From positions 11,237 through 75,236 of the forward strand of contig JAFTEV010000053.1 in the NCBI GenBank assembly GCA_017453465.1: a stretch of DNA of 64,000 bases, in the 5' to 3' direction. Each line of letters opens with the position of its first letter. The first letter of the stretch is position 1. The stretch is from Bacteroidaceae bacterium. GTDB taxonomy: Bacteria; Bacteroidota; Bacteroidia; Bacteroidales; Bacteroidaceae. Below, one piece after another: positions 54,233 through 62,552 of the stretch. Position numbers and translations under genes: made by a program. The notes below the pieces were generated by a model. It did not search any database, was not told the origin of the DNA, and saw nothing but the letters and a program-made list of their open reading frames with translations.

Positions 54233-56707
54233 ATGATGGAGAACAACAATTTTCAAGATTCTCAAAATCCCTACTCTAATAATTCTGTTGAAGAAAGTTC
54301 TGGCCTTGACATACGTGTCTTGTGGTCCATTTTCCTTGGCTACAAATACTGGTTCATGGCATCTGTTGCATTGTGCCTCTTGGTTGCAGGCATTTATTTG
54401 AGGTATTCCACACCCAAATATGAGATTTCGACCAAGGTGCTTATCAAGGACAAGGAAAATCGACGCTACATGTCCAACCCAATGAGTACTACTTTCTCTG
54501 AAATGGGACTCATGAACAACAGTAATGGTTTCGACAATGAGCTTGAAATCATCTCGACCAAGACCCTGAACAAGCGTGCTGTAAAACACCTGAAATCATA
54601 CGTGAAGTACATTTCCGACGGTCGCGTGAAAGACCGTGAAGTGTATTCCAAAGATTGCCCTTATCTTATTGATATGGACGAATCCATTATTGACACCCTG
54701 AGCACGGTTGTCATGGTTCGTTTCGTGGAAGGCGACAAGGGTCTGGAAGCACTTGTGCAAGCCGGCGATTTTGAAACGACAAAGCTAATCAAGGCATTCC
54801 CTTCTTATATCAGCACACCCTACGGACGTGTTTCTATCAATCGCAACGAATTGTTGACAGAATTTACGCTCGAAAAGCCTATCAATGCTTACATCTGCCC
54901 CATTGACCCCATTGCTCAGGGCTATGCTAACGCAATCAGTGTGGAGGCAACTTCTAAAACAACCACGGTTGCACAGCTCACCATGAAGGATAATCTGCCA
55001 GAGCGTAGTGCAGACTACCTGAAACAGTTGGTTGAGGAATACAACGAAGATGCCAATATTGACAACAACATCGAGGCTACTCGTACCAAGGACTTCGTGG
55101 AAGAGCGTCTTGGCGAAATCACCAAGGAACTGAACATGACCGAGGCAGAGATAGCCCAGTTTAAGCAGAGCAGCGGTATTGTTGACTACAAGACCGATGC
55201 CTCTATCAATGCCAGCCAAAACATTCAGTATGAACAGAAAGTCGTTGAAGCAAGCACCCAGCTCAGCCTTATCAACGACCTGATTGACTTTGCCAACCGT
55301 CGCGAAAACTACCTTCAGACCATCCCCTCCAACGTGGGACTTTCCGACCCCGCCTTGGCACAGTCTATCAGCAAGTACAACGAAATTGTCATTGAGCGCA
55401 ACCGTCTGCTTCGTTCAGCATCCGAGACCTCTCCCGCTGTAGAGGCCATCACCAGCGAAGCCGAGTCTTATTTCTCCGCAGTGAGGTCTTCATTGCAGAG
55501 CGCACAGCGTCAATACACAAAAATCAGGAACGACTTGCAGGCTCAGCAAAACAAATACACAGCCCGCATCAGTTCTTCTCCAACCAACGAGCGTGCCATT
55601 GTTGACATGGGCCGTCAGCAGGAAGTAAAGGCAGAACTTTACATCATGCTCCTGCAGAAGCGAGAAGAAAACCTCATCACACTCAACTCCTCTGCTTACA
55701 AAGCAAAAGTCATTGAGGAACCCATCGTGGCAGGTCCCGTATCGCCCAAGCGCAAGATTATCCTCCTTGCAGCACTCCTTTTGGGCTTAGCTTTACCTTA
55801 TATATATATATACCTGCGCGAGTTCTTCAGCTACCGCATCGAAGACAAGGAAGACCTGGCAAAGGCTTGCACCGTTCCGTTCTTCGGTTCTGTGCCCAAG
55901 GTAAAGGCTCTCGAAGGCGGCTCACGCACCATTGTGCTGGAAGAAAACAAGAACAGCCTCATGATGGAAGTCTATCGCTCTCTGCGTTCCAACCTTCCAT
56001 TTGTCCTCAAACCCAACGAAAATGTAATTCTCTTTACCTCAACATCTTCAAGTGAAGGTAAGACCGTAACGGCTGCAAACCTTGCCACCAGCATTGCATT
56101 CGTTGGAAAGAAAGTCCTTCTGGTCGGTCTCGATATTCGTAAGCCACGTTTGGCCGGCCTTTTCAATTTGGAAGACACCGAAAAGGGTATCTCCAACTTC
56201 TTGACCAGAGAGGCAGATGATTACAAATATCTCGACACCCTGATTAAGAAGACAACCATCAGCGACAAGCTCGACATCCTTCCTGCGGGTGCCATTCCTC
56301 CCAACCCAGCCGAATTGCTCGAAAGAGAGAACCTTGCTTCAGCCATCAACTATCTGAAGAGCAAGTACGACTACGTCATTCTCGATACAGCCCCCGTGGG
56401 TCTGGTATCCGATACCTTCTCCATCGCAAAGAATGCCGACCTCACCCTCTATGTAGTGCGTGCCAAGTTCACACTGAAGTCAGACATCGACCTCATCAAC
56501 GCACTGAATGCCGACAAGCGTCTGCCTAACATGAACATCCTTCTGAACGGCGTTGAAACACAAGGCTCAGGCTACGGCTACAAGCACTATGGCCATTACG
56601 GTTACGGCAAGGGCTACGGTTATGGCTACGGCTACGGATATGGCAATGGTTATGGCTATGGCTACGGCTATGGCGAAAAGGGCGGAAAGAAGCTCGAAGA
56701 AGTGTAA
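54233..56707 (+). CDS. Polysaccharide co-polymerase / BY-kinase (Wzc/GumC-type tyrosine autokinase)
   Basis: 824 aa. Wzz-type N-domain with two TM helices and a long coiled periplasmic region. Walker A FTSTSSSEGKT and DTAPVG. C-terminal Tyr cluster GYGYKHYGHYGYGKGYGYGYGYGYGNGYGYGYGYG. Confidence 0.88.
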   Translation: MMENNNFQDSQNPYSNNSVEESSGLDIRVLWSIFLGYKYWFMASVALCLLVAGIYLRYSTPKYEISTKVLIKDKENRRYMSNPMSTTFSEMGLMNNSNGFDNELEIISTKTLNKRAVKHLKSYVKYISDGRVKDREVYSKDCPYLIDMDESIIDTLSTVVMVRFVEGDKGLEALVQAGDFETTKLIKAFPSYISTPYGRVSINRNELLTEFTLEKPINAYICPIDPIAQGYANAISVEATSKTTTVAQLTMKDNLPERSADYLKQLVEEYNEDANIDNNIEATRTKDFVEERLGEITKELNMTEAEIAQFKQSSGIVDYKTDASINASQNIQYEQKVVEASTQLSLINDLIDFANRRENYLQTIPSNVGLSDPALAQSISKYNEIVIERNRLLRSASETSPAVEAITSEAESYFSAVRSSLQSAQRQYTKIRNDLQAQQNKYTARISSSPTNERAIVDMGRQQEVKAELYIMLLQKREENLITLNSSAYKAKVIEEPIVAGPVSPKRKIILLAALLLGLALPYIYIYLREFFSYRIEDKEDLAKACTVPFFGSVPKVKALEGGSRTIVLEENKNSLMMEVYRSLRSNLPFVLKPNENVILFTSTSSSEGKTVTAANLATSIAFVGKKVLLVGLDIRKPRLAGLFNLEDTEKGISNFLTREADDYKYLDTLIKKTTISDKLDILPAGAIPPNPAELLERENLASAINYLKSKYDYVILDTAPVGLVSDTFSIAKNADLTLYVVRAKFTLKSDIDLINALNADKRLPNMNILLNGVETQGSGYGYKHYGHYGYGKGYGYGYGYGYGNGYGYGYGYGEKGGKKLEEV

Positions 56708-56723
56708 CTAAGAAAATCTATCA

Positions 56724-56811
56724 TTTGTGAGTTTTTACGTTTTTGCGTTCTTAACTTTGTGGAGTGTCTCCACACCTGATTCGTAAACGCAAAAACCTAA
56801 AAACTCACAAA
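56724..56811. repeat. Long word-built hairpin between the Wzc-type gene and the HAD-like gene
   Basis: TTTGTGAGTTTTTACGTTTTTGCGTT (56724-56749) pairs with AACGCAAAAACCTAAAAACTCACAAA (56786-56811) at 25/26. The 36-nt loop contains its own GTGGAG-TGT-CTCCAC hairpin. The right arm is extended by further AAACTCACAAAC/GTAAAAAC words up to 56853, abutting ATG 56856. Confidence 0.8.
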
Positions 56812-56855
56812 CGTAAAAACTCATAAACTCACAAACTTACAAACGTAAAAACGCT

Positions 56856-57290
56856 ATGGTAATTGCAGTTGATTTCGATGGAACTATCGTAGAACATCGT
56901 TATCCCGAAATAGGCGAAGAGCGTCCGTTTGCAACAGAAATTCTCAGGCAACTCATTGCCGACCGCCACAAAATCATCCTGTGGACTGTGCGCGAAGGGA
57001 AAGAACTCGACGAAGCCATCAACTGGTGTGCAGAACGCGGAGTCACATTCTATGCCGTCAACAGCGACTCCTCCGATATGTTCAAGGAAGCCAAGGACAA
57101 AAACCTCTCCTGCAAACTCAATGCAGACTTCTTCATCGACGACAAGAACATAGGCGGACTCCCCGACTGGCCCACCATCTACAAAATTATCTCCACAGGC
57201 AAATCCTACAAACAGATTATCCGTCAGCAAGTGCGCAGCGAATTTGAAGACCAAAAGCCGCCCTTCCCCAAATGGATGTTCTGGAAATAA
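56856..57290 (+). CDS. BT0820-like small HAD-superfamily protein
   Basis: 144 aa. N-terminal DxDGT motif (IAVDFDGTIVEHRYPEIGEE) and FIDDKNIGG. Matches my recollection of the BT0820 family. Confidence 0.6.
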   Translation: MVIAVDFDGTIVEHRYPEIGEERPFATEILRQLIADRHKIILWTVREGKELDEAINWCAERGVTFYAVNSDSSDMFKEAKDKNLSCKLNADFFIDDKNIGGLPDWPTIYKIISTGKSYKQIIRQQVRSEFEDQKPPFPKWMFWK

Positions 57291-57391
57291 ACACATTCCC
57301 TATACAAAGAACTCATGGACCCAGACAGTTATCCGGCGGATAGCAGTGACCGCCAACTCAAAGCGACAACATTTATCAGTTAAAAAGCATC

Positions 57392-58459
57392 ATGGAACTT
57401 ATCATCATCTATATGGTGTTGTCGCTTGTCATTTCAGCAATGTGCTCCTTGCTCGAAGCGACACTCCTTTCTACCCCCTTATCCTACATCACAACCCTGG
57501 AGACCCAGGGTGTCAAGGGATGGGAACTCTTGAAATACTACAAGACCAACATCGACCGTCCCATCTCGGCCATTCTCATTGTCAACACCATTGCCAACAC
57601 CGTTGGCGCCTCGCTCGTAGGTTCACAAGCAGCCACATACGCATCAACGGCCTACAGCTCCAGCCAGGAAGTGAGCCTCTTCATCGGCATCATCTCTGGT
57701 GTTTTCACCTTCCTGATACTGGTGTTCTCCGAAATCTTTCCCAAAACCATCGGTTCCAACTACTGGCGCAAGCTGGCTCTGCCCGCCTGTCAGGTCATCC
57801 GTGTGCTTATCGCCATATCGTGGGTGCTCGTCATCATTCTTGAGAAACTTACCCACCGCATCACCGACAGCACACAGCAAGAAGCCGTCACCCGCGACGA
57901 GGTGGCAGCTATGGTCACCGTCGGAGCCGAAGAAGGCGTGCTGGAAAAGAAAGAAAACCGCATGATTCAGCACCTGCTGAACCTCGACAACGTGACAGCC
58001 CATGAGATTATGACCCCCAGCGTGGTCGTCACCATGGCCGAAGAAGGCATGACCCTTCGCGAATTTTATCAGGACGAAGAATACAAGAACCACTCCCGCA
58101 TCCCCGTCTATAAGGGAGACGAGAGCGACTACATCACGGGCTACGTCCTGCGCCAGACCATTCTGGAGCGGCTGGCCGAAGACAAGTTCGACATTACACT
58201 CGGTGAACTGGCACGACCCATCCTCTCTTTCAGCGAAGACGAAGAAGTCTCCGACATCTGGGAGAAACTCCTCGAAAAGAAAGAGCACATCAGCATCATC
58301 ATCGACGAATACGGCTGTTTCCGTGGACTTGTCACCATGGAAGACGTGATTGAAACCATGCTCGGCTACGAAATCGTTGACGAAAAAGACGAAGTCGTCG
58401 ATATGCAGGAACTGGCCAAAGCCCAGTGGAAACAGATGAAAAAACAGCAACACACGTGA
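57392..58459 (+). CDS. CNNM/CorC-type transporter (DUF21 + CBS pair)
   Basis: 355 aa. An N-terminal four-TM DUF21 domain is followed by a CBS pair (VTAHEIMTPSVVV...EHISIIIDEYGCFRGLVTMEDVIE). It lacks the usual CorC_HlyC C-terminal domain. Confidence 0.8.
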   Translation: MELIIIYMVLSLVISAMCSLLEATLLSTPLSYITTLETQGVKGWELLKYYKTNIDRPISAILIVNTIANTVGASLVGSQAATYASTAYSSSQEVSLFIGIISGVFTFLILVFSEIFPKTIGSNYWRKLALPACQVIRVLIAISWVLVIILEKLTHRITDSTQQEAVTRDEVAAMVTVGAEEGVLEKKENRMIQHLLNLDNVTAHEIMTPSVVVTMAEEGMTLREFYQDEEYKNHSRIPVYKGDESDYITGYVLRQTILERLAEDKFDITLGELARPILSFSEDEEVSDIWEKLLEKKEHISIIIDEYGCFRGLVTMEDVIETMLGYEIVDEKDEVVDMQELAKAQWKQMKKQQHT

Positions 58460-59163
58460 ACGAAATTTTCAAACGTGAAGAACTGCTGCTCGGCAGCAGC
58501 GCGATGGACACGATAGCCCGCCAGCGTGTCATCATCTTTGGTGTAGGCGGTGTCGGCTCCTGGTGTGCCGAAAGTCTGGTGCGCTCTGGTGTCCACCATC
58601 TGACGATTGTCGATAGCGACACCGTGTGTGCCTCCAACATCAACCGCCAGCTTGTGGCCACCACCAAGACCATAGGCCAGCCCAAAGTAGAAGTGCTCCG
58701 TGAGCGTCTGCTCGACATCAATCCCCAGGCAGAAATCACTGCCATCAGAGCCGTTTACAATGCCGAAACCTCTGCATCCTTCTGCCTTGACACCTACGAT
58801 TACATCATAGATGCCATCGACTCCCTCAAGGACAAAGCCCACCTCATTCTTGCAGCCACCCAGACCTCCGCCCGGCTCTTTTCCTCCATGGGGGCGGCTC
58901 TGAAGATGAATCCCTCCCGCATCAGCGTAGCAGAGTTTTGGCACGTCAAAGGCTGTCCGCTTGCCGCAGCCCTGCGTCGCCATTTCAAGCACAACAAAAC
59001 CTTCCCCTCCAAGAAATTCAAAGCCGTCTATAGCGAAGAACTCCTTAAAAACCAAGGCGAACAGACAGAATCACGTGCCAACGGCACTATCTGCCATGCC
59101 ACAGCCGTCTTCGGCTTCACCCTCGCAGGGCTGGTCATGCAGGACATCCTGCAAGACTCGTAG
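58456..59163 (+). CDS. tcdA: tRNA threonylcarbamoyladenosine dehydratase (ThiF-family, TcdA/CsdL-like)
   Basis: RVIIFGVGGVGSWCAESLVRSGVHHLTIVDSDTVCASNINRQ. The likely start is GTG 58456, which forms a GTGA overlap with the upstream stop. The track ORF begins at an in-frame GTG at 58426. Confidence 0.8.
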   Translation: MNEIFKREELLLGSSAMDTIARQRVIIFGVGGVGSWCAESLVRSGVHHLTIVDSDTVCASNINRQLVATTKTIGQPKVEVLRERLLDINPQAEITAIRAVYNAETSASFCLDTYDYIIDAIDSLKDKAHLILAATQTSARLFSSMGAALKMNPSRISVAEFWHVKGCPLAAALRRHFKHNKTFPSKKFKAVYSEELLKNQGEQTESRANGTICHATAVFGFTLAGLVMQDILQDS

Positions 59164-59228
59164 CTGTCCCTCCATTCTTCTCGGCAGCTCACCCCAATGC
59201 CACTACGGTAGCATCGTTTTTACACCGA

Positions 59229-59382
59229 AGTGACAAAGTTTCAATACCGCAGTAGCAAAGTTTTTTATTCGCAGTAGCAAAGTTCTCCCGTTGCAGCGGC
59301 ACCCCAGTGCCACCGCAGCGGGAGAACTGTGTGACGGCACCGGCAATGCTGTGCCGCTGCAGTCTGATTACTCAAGTCTATG
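59229..59382. repeat. Tandem array of 22-bp units, same family as 11051-11217
   Basis: Units start at 59229, 59251, 59273, 59295, 59317, 59339 and 59361, exactly 22 bp apart (AGTGACAAAGTTTCAATACCGC, AGTAGCAAAGTTTTTTATTCGC, AGTAGCAAAGTTCTCCCGTTGC, AGCGGGAGAACTGTGTGACGGC ...). Weaker phased units run back to ~59196. Confidence 0.8.
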
Positions 59383-59398
59383 CTATACATCGAATTTT

Positions 59399-59489
59399 GA
59401 ACACAGAGACACAGAGGCACAGAGGTTCACTTGTCAGGGCAGTACGGCAGATGCAGCATAAATCTCTGTGCCTCTGCGTCTCTGTGTTC
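59399..59489. repeat. CACAGAG hairpin (26-bp stem, 39-nt loop)
   Basis: GAACACAGAGACACAGAGGCACAGAG (59399-59424) pairs with CTCTGTGCCTCTGCGTCTCTGTGTTC (59464-59489) at 25/26. Related right-arm copies occur at 63260-63293 and, partially, at 11245-11270. Confidence 0.85.
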
Positions 59490-59621
59490 CATTTTATAGA
59501 AATTACCAGAAACCGTGTTCCATGGTTTCTGTTAAAAGTAACGAAAAGCGGGTAGAAACACAATAAATTGTTGCACACAGGCAACAAAAAGTCAGAAAAC
59601 AGACAAAAAAAGTCTCAAATG

Positions 59622-59653
59622 TTTGGAAGTGAACGGAAAAGTACGTACTTTTG
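59622..59653 (+). promoter_or_regulatory. Strong consensus Bacteroidota promoter (-33 TTTG, -7 TACTTTTG)
   Basis: TTTG at 59622-59625 and TActTTTG at 59646-59653 with a 20-nt spacer. The TTTGCAGCG context matches the corA and serC promoters. Confidence 0.6.
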
Positions 59654-59659
59654 CAGCGT

Positions 59660-59996
59660 CCTTTCGGTCATAGTGCGCCACGCGAGGTGCATTTATACGG
59701 GGGACATACATAGTAAAGGCGTTTATCACGCTTGTTCTTGACCTCTGAAACTTAGCAACTTTCTGAAATCGTCTGGAGCAATGCAGCGATAGATTGCCAC
59801 ATTGATGATTATTTCACACACATTAAGTGTATCGTTTGTTTCCTGCCACAGGTATGTGGTATGGATGCAAGTTTGCTATCTTGATGTGCCGTTATGAACA
59901 TATCATCCAAGTGTGGGTCTTCGTTGCTCGTTCTACGATTTCGGGTAATGCTAAGACCTCAGAGGTGGGATGAGCTAAGTTGTCCCACATTTTTTT
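59660..59996 (+). ncRNA. Candidate ~335-nt non-coding RNA or attenuating leader upstream of the T9SS cargo gene
   Basis: Bounded by the promoter above and by a hairpin GTGGGA-12 nt-TCCCAC followed by TTTTTTT (59965-59996). The track shows no ORF of 60 aa or more. Long-range pairing joins ACCTCTGA..CTTAGC (59741-59756) with GCTAAG..TCAGAGGT (59950-59966). Confidence 0.4.
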
Positions 59997-60145
59997 ATAC
60001 CCTCCCCTCTATATATAAATAATGTGTAGCCAACACAAGGATAAACAGCCTCGTGTCGGCCAGCCATTTTTTGCTCAGCCCCCACGCACATACCTATAGA
60101 ATCAACCAATTAACCCTATTCAATAACCTTTAAAAACAAAACAAA

Positions 60146-62350
60146 ATGAAAAAGAAATTTACTCTTTTCAAGACACTCCTCGTAGCAGCAGGACTGCTGG
60201 GAGGCAGTAGTGCGTGGGCAGCTACGCATTACATTCTCAATGAGACTTTTAATAGCCAACCCAATGTTTGGAATAAGGCTGTAGATGGTGTTACTTATGT
60301 TAAGTACACTGAAGAAGGGTCTGACTATTATGTTTATCAAACAGGACGTAGTTCTGGTCATAATGCTATTTGGTATGCTCCTACCCGTGATTGGAATGAT
60401 GACATCAACGAATACACTGTAGAATTTGATTTTAAGACAAGTGTAAATGGGTCGTATTTAACATCGGAAATCGCATTGTATGATGCAAATTCTAGTGTAT
60501 CTGGGCGTATGGACACAAATGGTTTCAATACTACTGCGGCTAATGGAACAACAAATAATATATTTTTCGCTTCTTCAACTGCCGTTGCTGACGGTGTAAC
60601 CACTTACACTATTTATGGTAAGGATAAAACTTTCACAATGGCGGCAGGTACGTGGTACCATTTCTCTTTGACCATCAATAAGACCACAAAAGCTGTATCA
60701 TATACGATTACGGCTGATGGTAAGGATGCTCAAAGCGGAAGTTATACATCAACGAGTACGACAGGTATTTGTACTGGTGTATTTATCCGAACTCCTCGTT
60801 CTGGTAACATAAGTTTTGACAACTTTTTTATGACGGATGAAGTAGAGAATGATGTTGCAGCTGTTCCTGTAATCAGTCTGACTGCTTTGAACGGAACAGA
60901 ACGTACTTATACCATTACTTGTCTCCCGGGTGAAACACTGCATTATGTCCTGCCTGGTGAAAGTGAGTCAGCCTCTAGTTCAAGTGCTTCTACTGTGGTT
61001 TCAACCAGCACAAGTGGAACGTTGAGAGCTTGGACAACAAGTGGAACAGCTATTTCTACAGAGGCAACTGTTGATGTTGATGCTTCGGCTGTTACTCTTG
61101 CAGCACCAGAGATATGGATTTCAGGAATGTCAACAAATGGTAGTCTGTATAACGCAGAGCTGAATGCAAGAAATGATCAAAATTCTGTGTTGTTGAAACC
61201 TACTGCAACAATGAGTGCTACATTCACTCCCGATGGTGATGTAGCTGAAAATGTTACACTGCCTTATACTGCTACAGAGAAAGGAACTTTGACCGTAACA
61301 GTTTCAGCAGAAGGATATACTTCTGCCAGCACTTCCTTCTCAGTGGAGGGAAACTATGTACAAACATGGCAATCTCTTGACTTTAGCTCACTTGTAGGAA
61401 CCGATGCCGTTCAAGCTGCTTTAGGTACAGATTGGACTCTTCAGGATGGTCATGGTCGTTGGGCAAGTTGGAATAAGGACAAGGACGGTTCTTACAATTT
61501 CTATGCAACTTCTACGGATGGAAAATATAAAAACTTCAATGAAAATATATACTTCCGTGATGTTGTAGTGTTGGCTGAAGGTATGGGTCTTGGAAGAAAT
61601 GTAACAGGCGGTGAAGCTATTTCTGTTAGCAATACTGTTGCAGGTCAGATTGTAGCTTTTGAAATTTACAATGGTTATGGAGTTGACATCAATAAGGGTA
61701 CAAACACTTATATGTCATACGCAATGAGCAATGGAACAGACAGACCGTCAATGAGTTCAACCAATGGTGCTTTGCTCGTTCAGGCAACAATCTATTCACC
61801 CGTACCAACAACTGTTTCTAAGTCTATCTCTGATGCTGGTTACGCTACATACTGTAGCCCATACGCTCTTGATTTCACAGGCTCTGGTCTGACTGCTTAC
61901 GTTGCTACAGTAACTGGCACAGAAGTTTCATTTACAGAAGTGACAAAGGTTCCTGCTAACACAGGCGTTCTGCTGAAGGGTGCTGCAGACGACTATGAAA
62001 TCACTGTTGCTGCTTCTGCCGATGCTGTAGAAAGTGCACTCATTGGCGTAACAGAAGAAACAAAGGTTCCTGCTGGTTCATTCGTTCTTTACAATGGTGA
62101 CAAGGGGGTAGGCTTCTACAAGACCACAGCTGAATTTACCGTTGGTGCCAACACAGCTTACCTTCCTGCTTTGGGTGGTGATGCCAAGGCTCGTTTCATC
62201 AGCCTTGACGAAGGCACAGCTACTGCCATCACTGCTGTAGAAGCTGTTACAAACAACAATGGCGTTATCTACAACTTGCGCGGTCAGCGTGTAGCACAGC
62301 CTACAAAGGGCATCTACATCCAGAACGGCAAGAAGATTCTCGTAAAATAA
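60146..62350 (+). CDS. T9SS-sorted surface protein (LamG/ConA-like N-domain, C-terminal Por sorting domain)
   Basis: Signal peptide MKKKFTLFKTLLVAAGLLGGSSAWA. The C-terminus ...NNGVIYNLRGQRVAQPTKGIYIQNGKKILVK is a typical type-A T9SS CTD. Codon usage is visibly more A/T-ending than in neighbouring genes. Confidence 0.8.
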   Translation: MKKKFTLFKTLLVAAGLLGGSSAWAATHYILNETFNSQPNVWNKAVDGVTYVKYTEEGSDYYVYQTGRSSGHNAIWYAPTRDWNDDINEYTVEFDFKTSVNGSYLTSEIALYDANSSVSGRMDTNGFNTTAANGTTNNIFFASSTAVADGVTTYTIYGKDKTFTMAAGTWYHFSLTINKTTKAVSYTITADGKDAQSGSYTSTSTTGICTGVFIRTPRSGNISFDNFFMTDEVENDVAAVPVISLTALNGTERTYTITCLPGETLHYVLPGESESASSSSASTVVSTSTSGTLRAWTTSGTAISTEATVDVDASAVTLAAPEIWISGMSTNGSLYNAELNARNDQNSVLLKPTATMSATFTPDGDVAENVTLPYTATEKGTLTVTVSAEGYTSASTSFSVEGNYVQTWQSLDFSSLVGTDAVQAALGTDWTLQDGHGRWASWNKDKDGSYNFYATSTDGKYKNFNENIYFRDVVVLAEGMGLGRNVTGGEAISVSNTVAGQIVAFEIYNGYGVDINKGTNTYMSYAMSNGTDRPSMSSTNGALLVQATIYSPVPTTVSKSISDAGYATYCSPYALDFTGSGLTAYVATVTGTEVSFTEVTKVPANTGVLLKGAADDYEITVAASADAVESALIGVTEETKVPAGSFVLYNGDKGVGFYKTTAEFTVGANTAYLPALGGDAKARFISLDEGTATAITAVEAVTNNNGVIYNLRGQRVAQPTKGIYIQNGKKILVK

Positions 62351-62552
62351 TCTTTTACAGATGTTTGGATAAAGACTTTACGGAAATAAGGCTTCTCAGA
62401 AATTTGGATAAATTAGTTCGTTAATTAGGAGAAATTTATTATGATTCTTGAGATAATGAGAAAATTTATCATCATTAATGATTCAATTTGTCCCAATTTC
62501 TGGAAAGCCCATAAAAAACAATTTATTTAAAACAAACAAGGAGAACAAATTT

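Noticed and set aside
59399-59489. Invertible promoter (phase-variation switch) flanked by 26-bp inverted repeats
   Set aside because: Only 39 nt lie between the repeats, too short for a Bacteroidales-type invertible promoter. The loop holds no TAnnTTTG box, and no nearby serine or tyrosine recombinase gene is present.
59378-59587. ORFs 59307..59555 + and 59378..59587 -
   Set aside because: They span the CACAGAG hairpin, which gives the mirror-image translations ..TETQRHRG../..ETQRHRDL... They have no coding-like composition.
59660-59996. Known housekeeping RNA (tmRNA, RNase P RNA, SRP RNA) at the candidate ncRNA locus
   Set aside because: There is no GGGGCUGA.. 5' end or tRNA-like ..GGUUCGAAUCC..CCA 3' end (tmRNA). 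There is no GAGGAAAGUCCGGGC-type P4 sequence (RNase P). The unit is too long for 4.5S RNA.
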